From a virus (Duplodnaviria; Caudoviricetes): DNA of 51,440 bases. The notes under the pieces were generated by a model that searched no databases, was not told where the DNA came from, and worked only from the letters and a program-made list of their open reading frames with translations. Made by a program: the position numbers and the translations under genes. The stretch spans positions 1-51,440 of the IMG/VR virus record IMGVR_UViG_3300033076_000202; one strand, 5' to 3'. The stretch's first letter is position 1; the number at the start of each line of letters is the position of its first letter. This document shows, one piece after another, positions 1 through 8,896 of the stretch.

Positions 1-663
1 ATTGCCCTGGGTTTCTCGCTGACCGAAGAGGCCATCGAAGACAACCTGTACGACAGCCTGTCTGCTCGTTACACCAAGGCGCTGGCCCGTGGTATGGCCT
101 ACACCAAGCAAGTCAAGGCTGCCGCTGTTCTGAACAACGGCTTCACTGCTGGCTACAACGGTGGCGACGGCGTTCCTCTGTTCTCCAACGCTCACCCGCT
201 GGTCTCTGGCGGCACCAACAGCAACATCCCCAACACCCCCGCTGATCTGAACGAGACTTCTCTGGAAAACGCTGTGATCCAGATCTCTCTGTGGGCGGAT
301 GAACGCGGTCTGCTGATCGCTGCTAAGCCCCGTAAACTGATCGTGCCCCCGGCATTGCAGTTCACGGCCACTCGTCTGCTGGAAACCGAACTCCGCGTTT
401 CTACTGCTGACAACGACATCAACGCACTGAAGAACAATGGGTCGATCCCTGAGGGTTACACCATTAACCACTTCTTGACCGACACGAACGCTTGGTTCCT
501 GACCACAGACGTTCCTAACGGCATGAAGCACTTCGTGCGTACCCCGTTGCAGCAGTCGATGGACGGTGACTTCGACACCGGCAACGTCCGCTACAAGGCC
601 CGTGAGCGTTACAGCTTTGGCTGGTCGGATCCGCTCGGAATGTACGGTTCCGCAGGCGCTTAA
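1..663 (+). CDS. Major capsid protein, C-terminal part (Mu gpT-like/HK97 fold); 5' end lies outside the window
   Basis: Frame is open from base 1 (IALGFSLTEEAIEDNLYDSL...). Contains PRKLIVPPAL and a C-terminal DFDTGNVRYKARERYSFGWSDP typical of this capsid family; strong codon bias; followed by a terminator. Confidence 0.88.
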   Translation: MALGFSLTEEAIEDNLYDSLSARYTKALARGMAYTKQVKAAAVLNNGFTAGYNGGDGVPLFSNAHPLVSGGTNSNIPNTPADLNETSLENAVIQISLWADERGLLIAAKPRKLIVPPALQFTATRLLETELRVSTADNDINALKNNGSIPEGYTINHFLTDTNAWFLTTDVPNGMKHFVRTPLQQSMDGDFDTGNVRYKARERYSFGWSDPLGMYGSAGA

Positions 664-669
664 ATGATT

Positions 670-696
670 GGGGGGCCTTGTGCCCCCCTTTCTTTT
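670..696 (+). terminator. Rho-independent terminator after the capsid gene
   Basis: GGGGGGC-CTTGT-GCCCCCC hairpin followed by TTTCTTTT. Confidence 0.85.
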
Positions 697-706
697 GGGG
701 TATATT
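678..706 (+). promoter_or_regulatory. Possible sigma70 promoter overlapping the terminator
   Basis: TTGTGC (678-683), 17-nt spacer, TATATT (701-706). Confidence 0.4.
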
Positions 707-713
707 GCCCCTA

Positions 714-790
714 TTCCGGGGTTCCCGGTGTATCTGACAGTCCCGGCTGACGACATGCAGACAGATGCACCCTCAATCGCATGTGAGGTC
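714..790 (+). ncRNA. Structured RNA downstream of the capsid gene (candidate Mu-gpT-DE-like motif)
   Basis: Stem 727-736/762-771; inner hairpin 738-749; possible pseudoknots 741-746 with 716-721 and 753-758 with 779-784; sits directly after a gpT-like gene and its terminator. Confidence 0.55.
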
Positions 791-794
791 CAAA

Positions 795-1037
795 ATGGCT
801 CAAACTACTTTCTCCGGCCCGGTCGTTTCGCAAAACGGTTTCGTGGGCACTGTTACTGGCACTGCTTCCGCTGTTAACGGCACCGTTGTTGCCTCGGCGT
901 ACACCCTCGCCACTCTCCCCACCGTGGTCGCCAACCAGATCATCGTTGTGACTGACGCCAACACTGGCGCTGGCACTGTCTGCTTCGGCAAAGGCTCTAG
1001 CTGGATCGACATCAAAACTGGCGCTGCTGTCGCTTAA
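795..1037 (+). CDS. Small virion protein (possible head decoration/fibre)
   Basis: GAGG RBS before ATG 795; MAQTTFSGPV start; beta-rich; follows the capsid gene. Confidence 0.6.
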   Translation: MAQTTFSGPVVSQNGFVGTVTGTASAVNGTVVASAYTLATLPTVVANQIIVVTDANTGAGTVCFGKGSSWIDIKTGAAVA

Positions 1038-1052
1038 TAGGAGCACACAGCC

Positions 1053-1328
1053 ATGATGCAGACCGACGTAAAAGCCACGTCCCTTGCGGCGTCCGGCGAT
1101 ATTTTTGCCGGTCGCACTCGTGTGCGCGGCATGGTGGTCGAACCCGGCGCTTCGGCTGGCAGCATCACCATCAAGGATGGGGGCTCCAGCGGTACGACTC
1201 TGTTCACCATTAACACTATTGCAGGCGGTGAGACATTCAATGTCGTCATCCCAGCAGAGGGTGTGCTGTGCAGCACCAGTGCGTATGCAACCCTGTCAAA
1301 CGCCAAAGTGACGGTGTTCTATGGCTAA
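1053..1328 (+). CDS. Hypothetical virion protein
   Basis: AGGAG RBS; small beta-rich ORF in the structural operon. Confidence 0.65.
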   Translation: MMQTDVKATSLAASGDIFAGRTRVRGMVVEPGASAGSITIKDGGSSGTTLFTINTIAGGETFNVVIPAEGVLCSTSAYATLSNAKVTVFYG

Positions 1329-1566
1329 GTCGCCCGCATGGCAGCGCAAGGAAGGCAAAAACCCCAATGGTGGGTTGAATGCCAAGGGACGTGCCTCTGC
1401 TAAGAAGCAGGGCATGAACCTCAAACCCCCGCAGCCGGAGGGCGGCTCCCGCCGAGATTCTTTCTGTGCCCGGATGTCGGGTATGAAAAAGAAGCTGACG
1501 AGCGCTAAGACGGCGAATGACCCCAATTCACGTATCAACAAGAGCTTACGGGCTTGGAACTGCTGA
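1321..1566 (+). CDS. Small basic phage protein
   Basis: K/R-rich; GGLNAKGRAS...RRDSFCARM...SLRAWNC pattern typical of head-module genes; overlaps the upstream stop. Confidence 0.7.
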   Translation: MAKSPAWQRKEGKNPNGGLNAKGRASAKKQGMNLKPPQPEGGSRRDSFCARMSGMKKKLTSAKTANDPNSRINKSLRAWNC

Positions 1567-1567
1567 C

Positions 1568-1777
1568 ATGAAAGACCCATTCAACAATTTGGACGAGTCC
1601 TTCAAACATGTAGTTGACGCTTTGTCCGTGGCTACTGTACTTGGGACCCTTGTAGACATGCTTCCTTCAATCGCGGCTGTATTTACGATTGTCTGGACAG
1701 GCATTCGCATCTGGGAAACTGAAACTGTCAAAAATTTGACGGGCAGGTCGGGGGCGTCAAATGCCATCGACGAGTAA
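1568..1777 (+). CDS. Small membrane protein (possible holin-like)
   Basis: ATG 1 nt after the previous stop; hydrophobic segment LPSIAAVFTIVWTGIRIW. Confidence 0.6.
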   Translation: MKDPFNNLDESFKHVVDALSVATVLGTLVDMLPSIAAVFTIVWTGIRIWETETVKNLTGRSGASNAIDE

Positions 1778-2195
1778 GAAACAACACAACCTGATGGCGA
1801 TGGTCGCTCATGACCCCGCCGCAGCAAAACGCCTTGGCATCTCACAAAAGGTGGGCAAGGATTTCGTCAAGGCGGACAAGGGCCGCACATTCTCAAGAGG
1901 TGGTGAAATGAAAGAATCCAAGGCAATGGCCAAGAAGGAAATCAGCTTTATGAAAAAAGCTGGTGCCCCCAAGTCCATGATCAAACACGAGAAGGCCGAG
2001 TACGGTATGAAAAAAGGTGGTATTGCCACCTCTTTGAAAGCCCACGCTGCGGCTCCCGCCTCCAAGGCTCACGCAGGCATGAAGGCCGGTGGGTTGGCAT
2101 CCGGGCACAAGGCCGCTGATGGCGTTGCTACCAAGGGTAAAACCAAGGCCAAGCAAATCACCATGTGCGGTGGCGGCATGGCCAAGAAAAAGTAA
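1761..2195 (+). CDS. Lys-rich protein with repeated [MF]xxGG motifs
   Basis: FSRGG, MKKGG, MKAGG and MCGGG motifs; ADGVATKGKTK near the C-terminus. Confidence 0.7.
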   Translation: MPSTSKKQHNLMAMVAHDPAAAKRLGISQKVGKDFVKADKGRTFSRGGEMKESKAMAKKEISFMKKAGAPKSMIKHEKAEYGMKKGGIATSLKAHAAAPASKAHAGMKAGGLASGHKAADGVATKGKTKAKQITMCGGGMAKKK

Positions 2196-2204
2196 GGAGT
2201 CATC

Positions 2205-2432
2205 ATGGCAGACATCGAATACAAAACCCCCCAAGACGTGGCTGACGAGAAAATGCGTAAGGCCACTGAGAAGGCTTACGAAAAGTCGCTGACCACTATG
2301 GAGGTGCAACCTCCCAAGAAGGCAGCTTCCGAGCCTGCGAAGAAAATGGCCAAAGGCGGCTCGGTTTCTTCCGCTTCCAAGCGTGCTGACGGTTGCGCCG
2401 TTCGTGGCAAAACCAAAGGGCGTATGGTGTAA
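2205..2432 (+). CDS. Small Lys-rich protein
   Basis: AAGGAG RBS; MAKGG followed by ADGCAVRGKTKGRMV. Confidence 0.7.
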   Translation: MADIEYKTPQDVADEKMRKATEKAYEKSLTTMEVQPPKKAASEPAKKMAKGGSVSSASKRADGCAVRGKTKGRMV

Positions 2433-2434
2433 CC

Positions 2435-2710
2435 ATGATGGCCAGTCGCGGTATGGGGGCTGTTGCCCCTTCCAAGATGCCCTCGGGGGTCAAAAAGGCC
2501 CGCCGTGACAACACCGACTTCACCCAATACAAAGAGGGTGGGAAGGTAAACGCCGCTGGCAATTACACCAAACCCGGCCTACGCAAGCGGATTGTGGCGC
2601 AGGTGAAAGCCGCTGCGGCGCAAGGTACCAAGGCTGGTCAGTGGTCTGCACGCAAAGCGCAACTTGTTGCTAAAAAGTACAAGGCAGCAGGTGGGGGGTA
2701 CCGAGATTGA
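2435..2710 (+). CDS. Small basic protein
   Basis: MMASRGMG start; NYTKPGLRKRI...GQWSARKAQL...YKAAGGGY pattern. Confidence 0.65.
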   Translation: MMASRGMGAVAPSKMPSGVKKARRDNTDFTQYKEGGKVNAAGNYTKPGLRKRIVAQVKAAAAQGTKAGQWSARKAQLVAKKYKAAGGGYRD

Positions 2711-2943
2711 AAGCTCCGCAAAAATCGCTCAAGGACTGGACCGCCCAGAAATGGCGAACCAAGTCTGGGAAACCGTCTTCCAAGACGGGGGAACGATATT
2801 TGCCGGAAGCCGCCATCAAAGCCCTATCACCTGCGGAGTACGCCGCAACAACCCGCGCAAAACGCGCTGGTAAGGCCGCAGGCAAACAGTTTGTTGCCCA
2901 GCCTAAGAACATCGCCAAGAAAACCGCAAGGCACCGTACATGA
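2707..2943 (+). CDS. Small basic protein (DUF5872-like)
   Basis: QKSLKDWTAQKWRTKSGKPS...GERYLP; TTG start overlaps the previous stop. Confidence 0.65.
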   Translation: MKAPQKSLKDWTAQKWRTKSGKPSSKTGERYLPEAAIKALSPAEYAATTRAKRAGKAAGKQFVAQPKNIAKKTARHRT

Positions 2944-3872
2944 CCACCACAGGCACCGCCACATTCAACCTCGACGTTAACGACCTCATTGAAGAGGCGT
3001 TTGAGCGTTGCGGGCAAGAACTCCGTACCGGATACAACTTCCGTACGGCGCGGCGCAGCCTCAACCTGCTCACTATCGAGTGGGCAAACCGTGGCATCAA
3101 TCTGTGGACGATTGAGCAAGGGCAGATCAACCTGTATCCCTACCAATCGGTTTACGCACTCCCCGTGGATACGATTGACCTGCTAGATCAGGTGACCCGT
3201 ACAGGGGTCGGCCAAAATCAGCAGGACATCAACATCAACCGCATCAGCGAGTCTACGTACTCCACGATCCCCAACAAGAATGCCCAAGGGCGTCCCATCC
3301 AAGTTTGGATCAACCGCCAATCTGGGGAGTCCAACGCCGTGTCCTCTACGTTGGGAGGGGACATCGACAGCACGATCACCACGATCCCAATCACGGGTAT
3401 CGCTCAGTTGGGGTCCGCAGGGTTCATTAAAATTGGCAGCGAGACCATCTCGTACTCGGCCATCAATGGCACGAATCTGGTCTACTGTGGGCGCGGCGCA
3501 AATGGTACGACGCCTGCCTCCCATACGGCGGGGGACGCCATCACTGTGCAGAATCTCCCCTGCATCAACATCTGGCCTACCCCAAACCAAGGCTCTGTCG
3601 GCAATCCCTACTACACGTTTGTGTATTGGCGCATGCGCCGGGTTCAAGATGCCGGTACGGGTGTGAAGAACCAAGACATCCCATTCCGCTTCCTTGAGGC
3701 TATGGTAGCCGGACTGGCGTACAAGATGTCGATGAAGCTGCCGGATATGGACCCCAACCGTATTCTGGCGCTCAAGACTGAATACGAGCAGCAGTTCCAA
3801 TTGGCCGCTGATGAGGACCGCGAAAAGGCGGCGAACCGGTATGTGCCGCGAATCATGATGGGATACCGCTGA
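2940..3872 (+). CDS. Head-tail adaptor/connector-type protein
   Basis: IEEAFERCG...ARRSLNLLTIEWANRGINLW, GRPIQVW and PFRFLEAMVAGLAY motifs; position in the operon. Confidence 0.65.
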   Translation: MTTTGTATFNLDVNDLIEEAFERCGQELRTGYNFRTARRSLNLLTIEWANRGINLWTIEQGQINLYPYQSVYALPVDTIDLLDQVTRTGVGQNQQDININRISESTYSTIPNKNAQGRPIQVWINRQSGESNAVSSTLGGDIDSTITTIPITGIAQLGSAGFIKIGSETISYSAINGTNLVYCGRGANGTTPASHTAGDAITVQNLPCINIWPTPNQGSVGNPYYTFVYWRMRRVQDAGTGVKNQDIPFRFLEAMVAGLAYKMSMKLPDMDPNRILALKTEYEQQFQLAADEDREKAANRYVPRIMMGYR

Positions 3873-4303
3873 TGGCTGGCCCGAAGTATTCTTCAGCCAA
3901 GCATTCGATTGCTGAGTGTGATCGCTGCGGGCAGCGGTACAAGTTGGTCCAGCTTAAAAAGCTGACGATCAAAACAAAGCTCACCAACATCAAGGTCTGC
4001 CCTGAATGTTGGGAACCTGATCAGCCGCAGTTGCAATTGGGTATGTACCCGGTGTACGATCCACAGGCAGTGCGGGACCCACGTCCAGATGTCAGCTACT
4101 ACCAGTCGGGTCTGAACGGCACGCAGGCGGTTGATACGGTGGGTCTGGCACAATCTCAGACTGGCTCTCCTGAAGGGGGTAGCCGGGTCTTCCAGTGGGG
4201 GTGGAACCCTGTAGGCGGGGCGCAAGGTTTTGATACCGCGCTCACCCCAAACTACTTGGTTTTAGCCGCACAAGTTGGTACAGTAACGGTTACAGTGACA
4301 TAA
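3872..4303 (+). CDS. Zn-ribbon protein
   Basis: CDRC...CPEC motif followed by DPQAVRDPRPD. Confidence 0.65.
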   Translation: MAGPKYSSAKHSIAECDRCGQRYKLVQLKKLTIKTKLTNIKVCPECWEPDQPQLQLGMYPVYDPQAVRDPRPDVSYYQSGLNGTQAVDTVGLAQSQTGSPEGGSRVFQWGWNPVGGAQGFDTALTPNYLVLAAQVGTVTVTVT

Positions 4304-4313
4304 GGAGCCCAAA

Positions 4314-4502
4314 ATGGCATACACACGTTCCGCAGATGGCATTGCCAAAAAGGGCAAAACTGTCGGCAAAAATCTTGGTGATAGCGGCCCAACCGCTGCT
4401 ACCGAAAAAGGCCCCAAGAAGCACACTGTCGGCAAGACCAACGCAGACATGAAGAAACTGGGTCGCAATCTGGCGAAAGTCGCTACACAGAAGCGAGGCT
4501 AA
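4314..4502 (+). CDS. Small Lys-rich protein
   Basis: AAGGAG RBS; ADGIAKKGKT; MKKLGRNLAK. Confidence 0.65.
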   Translation: MAYTRSADGIAKKGKTVGKNLGDSGPTAATEKGPKKHTVGKTNADMKKLGRNLAKVATQKRG

Positions 4503-4504
4503 TC

Positions 4505-4834
4505 ATGGCTACAAACGTCAAACCCATGCCTACGGAAAAGTTTCCGCTCGGCCACGCCAAGGAGAATAAGGACGCCAGTGCGTACACTGGGTTCAAGTAT
4601 CCTTCCGGTGGTGGTGACGACATTGGTGTGTACAAGCAGCCGATGCCCAATCCGACGAACGCGATGCGTGAATTGGAAGGTCGCCCCAACCGCAGCAAAG
4701 CTGACACCGTGGACATGTCTGTCGGTGCAATCAGCCGCTCCGCTGGCAATGAAGGCACCAAAACTTCCGGCATCAAAATCCGTGGTACTGGTGCCGCTAC
4801 CAAAGGTATCAAATCCCGAGGCCCGATGGCATGA
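4505..4834 (+). CDS. Hypothetical protein with basic C-terminal motif
   Basis: GAGG RBS; ends KTSGIKIRGTGAATKGIKSRGPMA. Confidence 0.65.
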   Translation: MATNVKPMPTEKFPLGHAKENKDASAYTGFKYPSGGGDDIGVYKQPMPNPTNAMRELEGRPNRSKADTVDMSVGAISRSAGNEGTKTSGIKIRGTGAATKGIKSRGPMA

Positions 4835-5499
4835 ACTACACTGAGTTGAGCAGCGCAATCCAAGCGTACACTGAGAACACGGAGGCGGATTTCATCGCCA
4901 ATATCCCTGTTTTTGTACAGCAGACGGAGCAGCGCGTCTACAACTCGGTGCAGTTTCCGTCCCTGCGAAAGAACATGACGGGTGTTGTGCAGACGGGCAA
5001 TAAGTACCTCTCCGCCCCAAACGATTTTCTTGCGGTCTATTCGCTGGCTGTGATCGACGGTACTGGCGCATATGAGTACTTGCTCAACAAGGACGTGAAC
5101 TTCATTCGTCAGTCATATCCGAACCCCACAACGGATACGGGGCTTCCAAAATACTACGCGTTGTTTGGGCCTACGGTATCGGGCAGCACAATCACCGACG
5201 AGTTGAGCCTTATTCTGGGGCCGACCCCGGACGCCAATTACAGTGTGGAACTTCACTTCTACTACTACCCCGAGTCCATTGTTACCGCAGGTACCTCGTG
5301 GCTTGGCGACAACTTTGATACCGTCTTGTTGTACGGTTCACTGGTCGAAGCGTACACGTACATGAAGGGTGAGTCCGACATGATGGCCCTGTACAACCAA
5401 AAGTACATGGAAGCGCTTGCGCTGGCCAAACGTCTGGGTGATGGTATGGAGCGCCAGGACGCATATCGGTCAGGTCAGTTCCGCCAAGGGGTGACTTGA
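4831..5499 (+). CDS. Tail adaptor/tubular-A-like protein
   Basis: MNYTELSSAIQAYTEN, GLPKYYA, LGPTPDANY and LLYGSLVEAY motifs; ATGA overlap. Confidence 0.65.
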   Translation: MNYTELSSAIQAYTENTEADFIANIPVFVQQTEQRVYNSVQFPSLRKNMTGVVQTGNKYLSAPNDFLAVYSLAVIDGTGAYEYLLNKDVNFIRQSYPNPTTDTGLPKYYALFGPTVSGSTITDELSLILGPTPDANYSVELHFYYYPESIVTAGTSWLGDNFDTVLLYGSLVEAYTYMKGESDMMALYNQKYMEALALAKRLGDGMERQDAYRSGQFRQGVT

Positions 5500-5500
5500 T

Positions 5501-5947
5501 ATGGCAATCCAACAAACTACCACGACCAGCTTCAAGGTTGAGCTACTGCAAGCGGTACACAACTTTGGGCCGACAGGTGCTGATACGTTCAAGATCGCCC
5601 TGTACACGGGCAATTCGTCTATTGGCCCGAGCACTACGGCGTACACCACAGATAATGAGGTGGTTGGGGCCGGATACACCGCAGGTGGGTTAGAGTTGGT
5701 TATCAGCCAGACTCCGACTTACGGAATCAATAACCAACAGGTGCCGACCGCGTATATCTCGTTCGCACCGGCTATATGGGCGTCAGCGACATTCATTGCA
5801 CGCGGAGCGTTGATATACAACAGCACGCAGGCAAACAAGTCCGTTGCTGTGCTGGACTTTGGCTCTGACAAATCAGTACTCAACCAGACGTTCACCATCA
5901 CTTTCCCCGTAGCAAATGCAAATGATGCGATAGTTCGTGTCGCGTAA
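5501..5947 (+). CDS. Tail structural protein (paralogue 1)
   Basis: SFKVELL...HNF...FKIALYT...GYTAGG...ALIYNS...LDFG pattern. Confidence 0.65.
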   Translation: MAIQQTTTTSFKVELLQAVHNFGPTGADTFKIALYTGNSSIGPSTTAYTTDNEVVGAGYTAGGLELVISQTPTYGINNQQVPTAYISFAPAIWASATFIARGALIYNSTQANKSVAVLDFGSDKSVLNQTFTITFPVANANDAIVRVA

Positions 5948-5955
5948 GGACAAAC

Positions 5956-6150
5956 ATGGCACTTGTCACCACCACAAAAGGCGAAATGGACGACTCTCTT
6001 CTTGAGAAAAAAGAAGGTTCCATCGATAATGACAACGAGTTTACGACGTGGACCGAGTATTGGCACAAGGGTGAGCTTGTGCATCGCTCCGTACATGTGA
6101 CGTTAAAGAAAACCGTAACCCTTGCTGCTGAGGCAGCTTCAATCGCGTAA
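5956..6150 (+). CDS. Small acidic hypothetical protein
   Basis: AAGGA RBS; fills the gap between the two paralogues. Confidence 0.6.
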   Translation: MALVTTTKGEMDDSLLEKKEGSIDNDNEFTTWTEYWHKGELVHRSVHVTLKKTVTLAAEAASIA

Positions 6151-6160
6151 GGAGGCTCGA

Positions 6161-6619
6161 ATGAGCAACACTCAAGCAATGTGCACGTCGTTCATGGGGG
6201 AACTCCTGACCGGCACACACAACTTCACACCTTCGACTGGCGACACGTTCAAAGCGGCTTTGTACCTGACTACGGCTACAGAGAATGCTGCAACCACGGC
6301 TTACGCTTCGACTGGTGAAGTGTCTGGCACCAACTACACTGCTGGTGGTGTGACGGTGACCAACGCAAATGCTCCGGCTTCAACAAATGCCTCTGCCACG
6401 GCAGGCACGGCATACTGGACCCCCAGTGCCAGCATCACGTACACCAACGTGACCCTGACGACCGCGTTTGACGCCGTGTTGATCTACAACTCGTCGAAGT
6501 CCAACAAGGCTGTGAGCGTCCACACCTTCGGCTCGCAGACTGTGACCGCCGGTACGTTCACTCTGACGATGCCGTCGAACACCACAAGCACCGCGCTGAT
6601 CCGTCTGGCTACGACCTGA
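6161..6619 (+). CDS. Tail structural protein (paralogue 2)
   Basis: AAGGAGG RBS; aligns by eye with 5501-5947. Confidence 0.7.
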   Translation: MSNTQAMCTSFMGELLTGTHNFTPSTGDTFKAALYLTTATENAATTAYASTGEVSGTNYTAGGVTVTNANAPASTNASATAGTAYWTPSASITYTNVTLTTAFDAVLIYNSSKSNKAVSVHTFGSQTVTAGTFTLTMPSNTTSTALIRLATT

Positions 6620-6643
6620 TCCAGCTTCTAAGGAGGCTGGGCC

Positions 6644-7732
6644 ATGACAACCGCATGGGGTTCCGGCGCGTGGGGTGAGAACACTTGGGGCGGCCAGCAA
6701 TCGGCCATCTCAGGCGTTGCTGCATCTAGCGTAGTAGGTACTACTGGTGTAAGTGTCACCGTTGCTATAACCGGCGTCGGTGGCACAGGTGCGGTCGGGT
6801 CGGTTACAACAAGCCAAGCGCGGGCCATAGCCGGTGTCGCAACTGCGGGTTCGATAGGTTCGGTATCGGTAGCTCAGACTTTAGCGCTTACTGGCGTCAC
6901 CACATCCGGCGCGATTGGTTCGGTTGCTGGGGCCACGTTCTATTACGCTGCCATCACCGGTGTTCAGTCCGATGGTGCGGTTGGTTCGGTTGCAGTTGCG
7001 GAACGGCAGTTTGCCCTTACGGGGGTGTTCGCTACCGGGTTGCCCGGAGAGCTTGGTATCCATGGGCGCGAATCTGGGCTATACGGCGTCGGGGCAACCG
7101 GCGATGTTGGGGCAGTTACGGGGGCTTCCTCCGAGCAGGAAGATGGCGTCGTTGCCAACGGCGCAGTTGGCACTGTTGGGATTTCCCGCACGGTGGCGCT
7201 GTCTGGTGTCGGAGCCTCTGGCGCGGTTGGAGATGTTGGGTTTGCTTACGCTGCCGCCCTGACGGGTGTGCAGGCTGCTGGCGTTGTTGGCGATGTCGCC
7301 CCGGCTGCGGCCCCCGCGCTCACGGGCGTCCAAACTGACGGCGCTGTTGACTCGTTGACGTTCCAGTGGGTTGCTGGCGGCGTTCAGGCCGAGGGTGCGG
7401 TTGGAACAGTAGGAAAGAGCATCACTGTGGCGCTTACGGGCGTCATGGGCCACGGCCTGATTGGAGATGAAGTCCCTGTTGTTGGGCAGACCCTTTCAGG
7501 TGTAGGAGCAACGGGTGCCGTTGGATCGGTTGGTATGGGCGTACGTACCATATCTTTGACCGGCACCGAAGCTGCCGGGGCTGTCGGAAGTCTCGGCGTT
7601 CTGTACTGGAGTCTTGTGGATGACAGCGAGAATGCAAACTGGCAAAATATTAGCAACAGTCAAAATCCGTCATGGACGGATACCGACACGTCACAGATTC
7701 CGGGATGGACGGACATTGTGACTTTACCGTAA
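6644..7732 (+). CDS. Gly/Val/Ala-rich repetitive tail fibre/spike protein
   Basis: AGGAGG RBS; imperfect LTGVxAxGxVGxV repeats; Trp-rich termini. Confidence 0.7.
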   Translation: MTTAWGSGAWGENTWGGQQSAISGVAASSVVGTTGVSVTVAITGVGGTGAVGSVTTSQARAIAGVATAGSIGSVSVAQTLALTGVTTSGAIGSVAGATFYYAAITGVQSDGAVGSVAVAERQFALTGVFATGLPGELGIHGRESGLYGVGATGDVGAVTGASSEQEDGVVANGAVGTVGISRTVALSGVGASGAVGDVGFAYAAALTGVQAAGVVGDVAPAAAPALTGVQTDGAVDSLTFQWVAGGVQAEGAVGTVGKSITVALTGVMGHGLIGDEVPVVGQTLSGVGATGAVGSVGMGVRTISLTGTEAAGAVGSLGVLYWSLVDDSENANWQNISNSQNPSWTDTDTSQIPGWTDIVTLP

Positions 7733-7741
7733 GGAAATGAA

Positions 7742-8896
7742 ATGACGACAGCGTACACCTCACTTTTGGGCTTGGCCCTCCCCGTACAAGGGGAGCTTTC
7801 TGGCACCTGGGGCGACATGGTGGACAACGCCATCACCTCCGTCGTGGATGTGGCTGTAGCAGGAACGCAGTCCATTACAGGGGACACGAATGTCACTCTG
7901 ACCGTCACCAACGGAAATTCAAGCGCAACCAACCTCGCGCAAGTGGGTTCAGGTACAACAGGCTCGGCGCAATACGCCATCATCAATTGCACAGGTGCAC
8001 GCACCGCAGCGCGGACCATCACGGTTCCTGCTTCTAGCCGAGAGTACACCGTCATCAATGCAACAACTGGCGGATTTGCAGTCAACGTGGTTGGTGCAGG
8101 CCCGACCACGGGCGTTTCTGTTGCCAACGGCGAAAAGTGCGTGATCGCTTGGAACGGTTCTGATTTTGTCAAAGTTGCGACCAGTACTGCCGGAGCGGGC
8201 ACCGTCACTGCTGTGTCTGTGGCATCAGCCAACGGGTTCACTGGTACAAGTTCTGGTGGCGCCACTCCCGCATTGACCCTTGCAACTAGCGTGACGGGCA
8301 TTATCAAAGGCAACGGCGCTGCTATGAGCGCGGCCACTGCGGGTACCGATTATTTGGCTCCGCCTTCCGGTACGGCCCTCCTGAAAGCCAACTCCGGTGG
8401 GGCACTCGCCAACGCTACAGCAGGCACGGATTATGTTGCCCCAGGCACAGCAACTACGTTCACGGCAACCCAAACCTTCAATGGCACATCTAGTACGTTC
8501 GGCGCGTCGCTGCTGGACTCCAATGAAACGGTCAACGTAGTTGCCGCCGCACCCTCTGCAACGACCAACTTTTACATTCAGTCTGGCGCTGTTCAGTACT
8601 ACACAAGCAACGCCGCAAACAACTGGACACTGAACATTGCTTTCAGTTCGGGCACATCGCTCAATACTGCTTTGGCTACGGGTCAGTCTGTAACATTCAC
8701 GCTGATTACGACTCAAGGCTCTACGGCCTACTACAACAACGCAATCACGATTGATGGCGCATCGGTAACGCCTAAGTGGATTGGCGGCGCTCCGACCGCT
8801 GGTAACGCTTCTGGACTGGATGTGTATCGTTTCGCTGTGGTCAAGACTGCAGTCGCAACATACACTGTTCTGGCAAGCCTGACACAGTACAAGTGA
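7742..8896 (+). CDS. Tail fibre protein (proximal)
   Basis: LGLALPVQGELSGTWG N-terminal anchor; T/G/A-rich; ATAGTDY present twice. Confidence 0.72.
   Translation: MTTAYTSLLGLALPVQGELSGTWGDMVDNAITSVVDVAVAGTQSITGDTNVTLTVTNGNSSATNLAQVGSGTTGSAQYAIINCTGARTAARTITVPASSREYTVINATTGGFAVNVVGAGPTTGVSVANGEKCVIAWNGSDFVKVATSTAGAGTVTAVSVASANGFTGTSSGGATPALTLATSVTGIIKGNGAAMSAATAGTDYLAPPSGTALLKANSGGALANATAGTDYVAPGTATTFTATQTFNGTSSTFGASLLDSNETVNVVAAAPSATTNFYIQSGAVQYYTSNAANNWTLNIAFSSGTSLNTALATGQSVTFTLITTQGSTAYYNNAITIDGASVTPKWIGGAPTAGNASGLDVYRFAVVKTAVATYTVLASLTQYK

Noticed and set aside
742-790. Hammerhead ribozyme (CTGACGA core followed by a CATGC/GCATG stem)
   Set aside because: The required GAAA after stem II is missing (TGAGG instead); kept only as a generic structured RNA.
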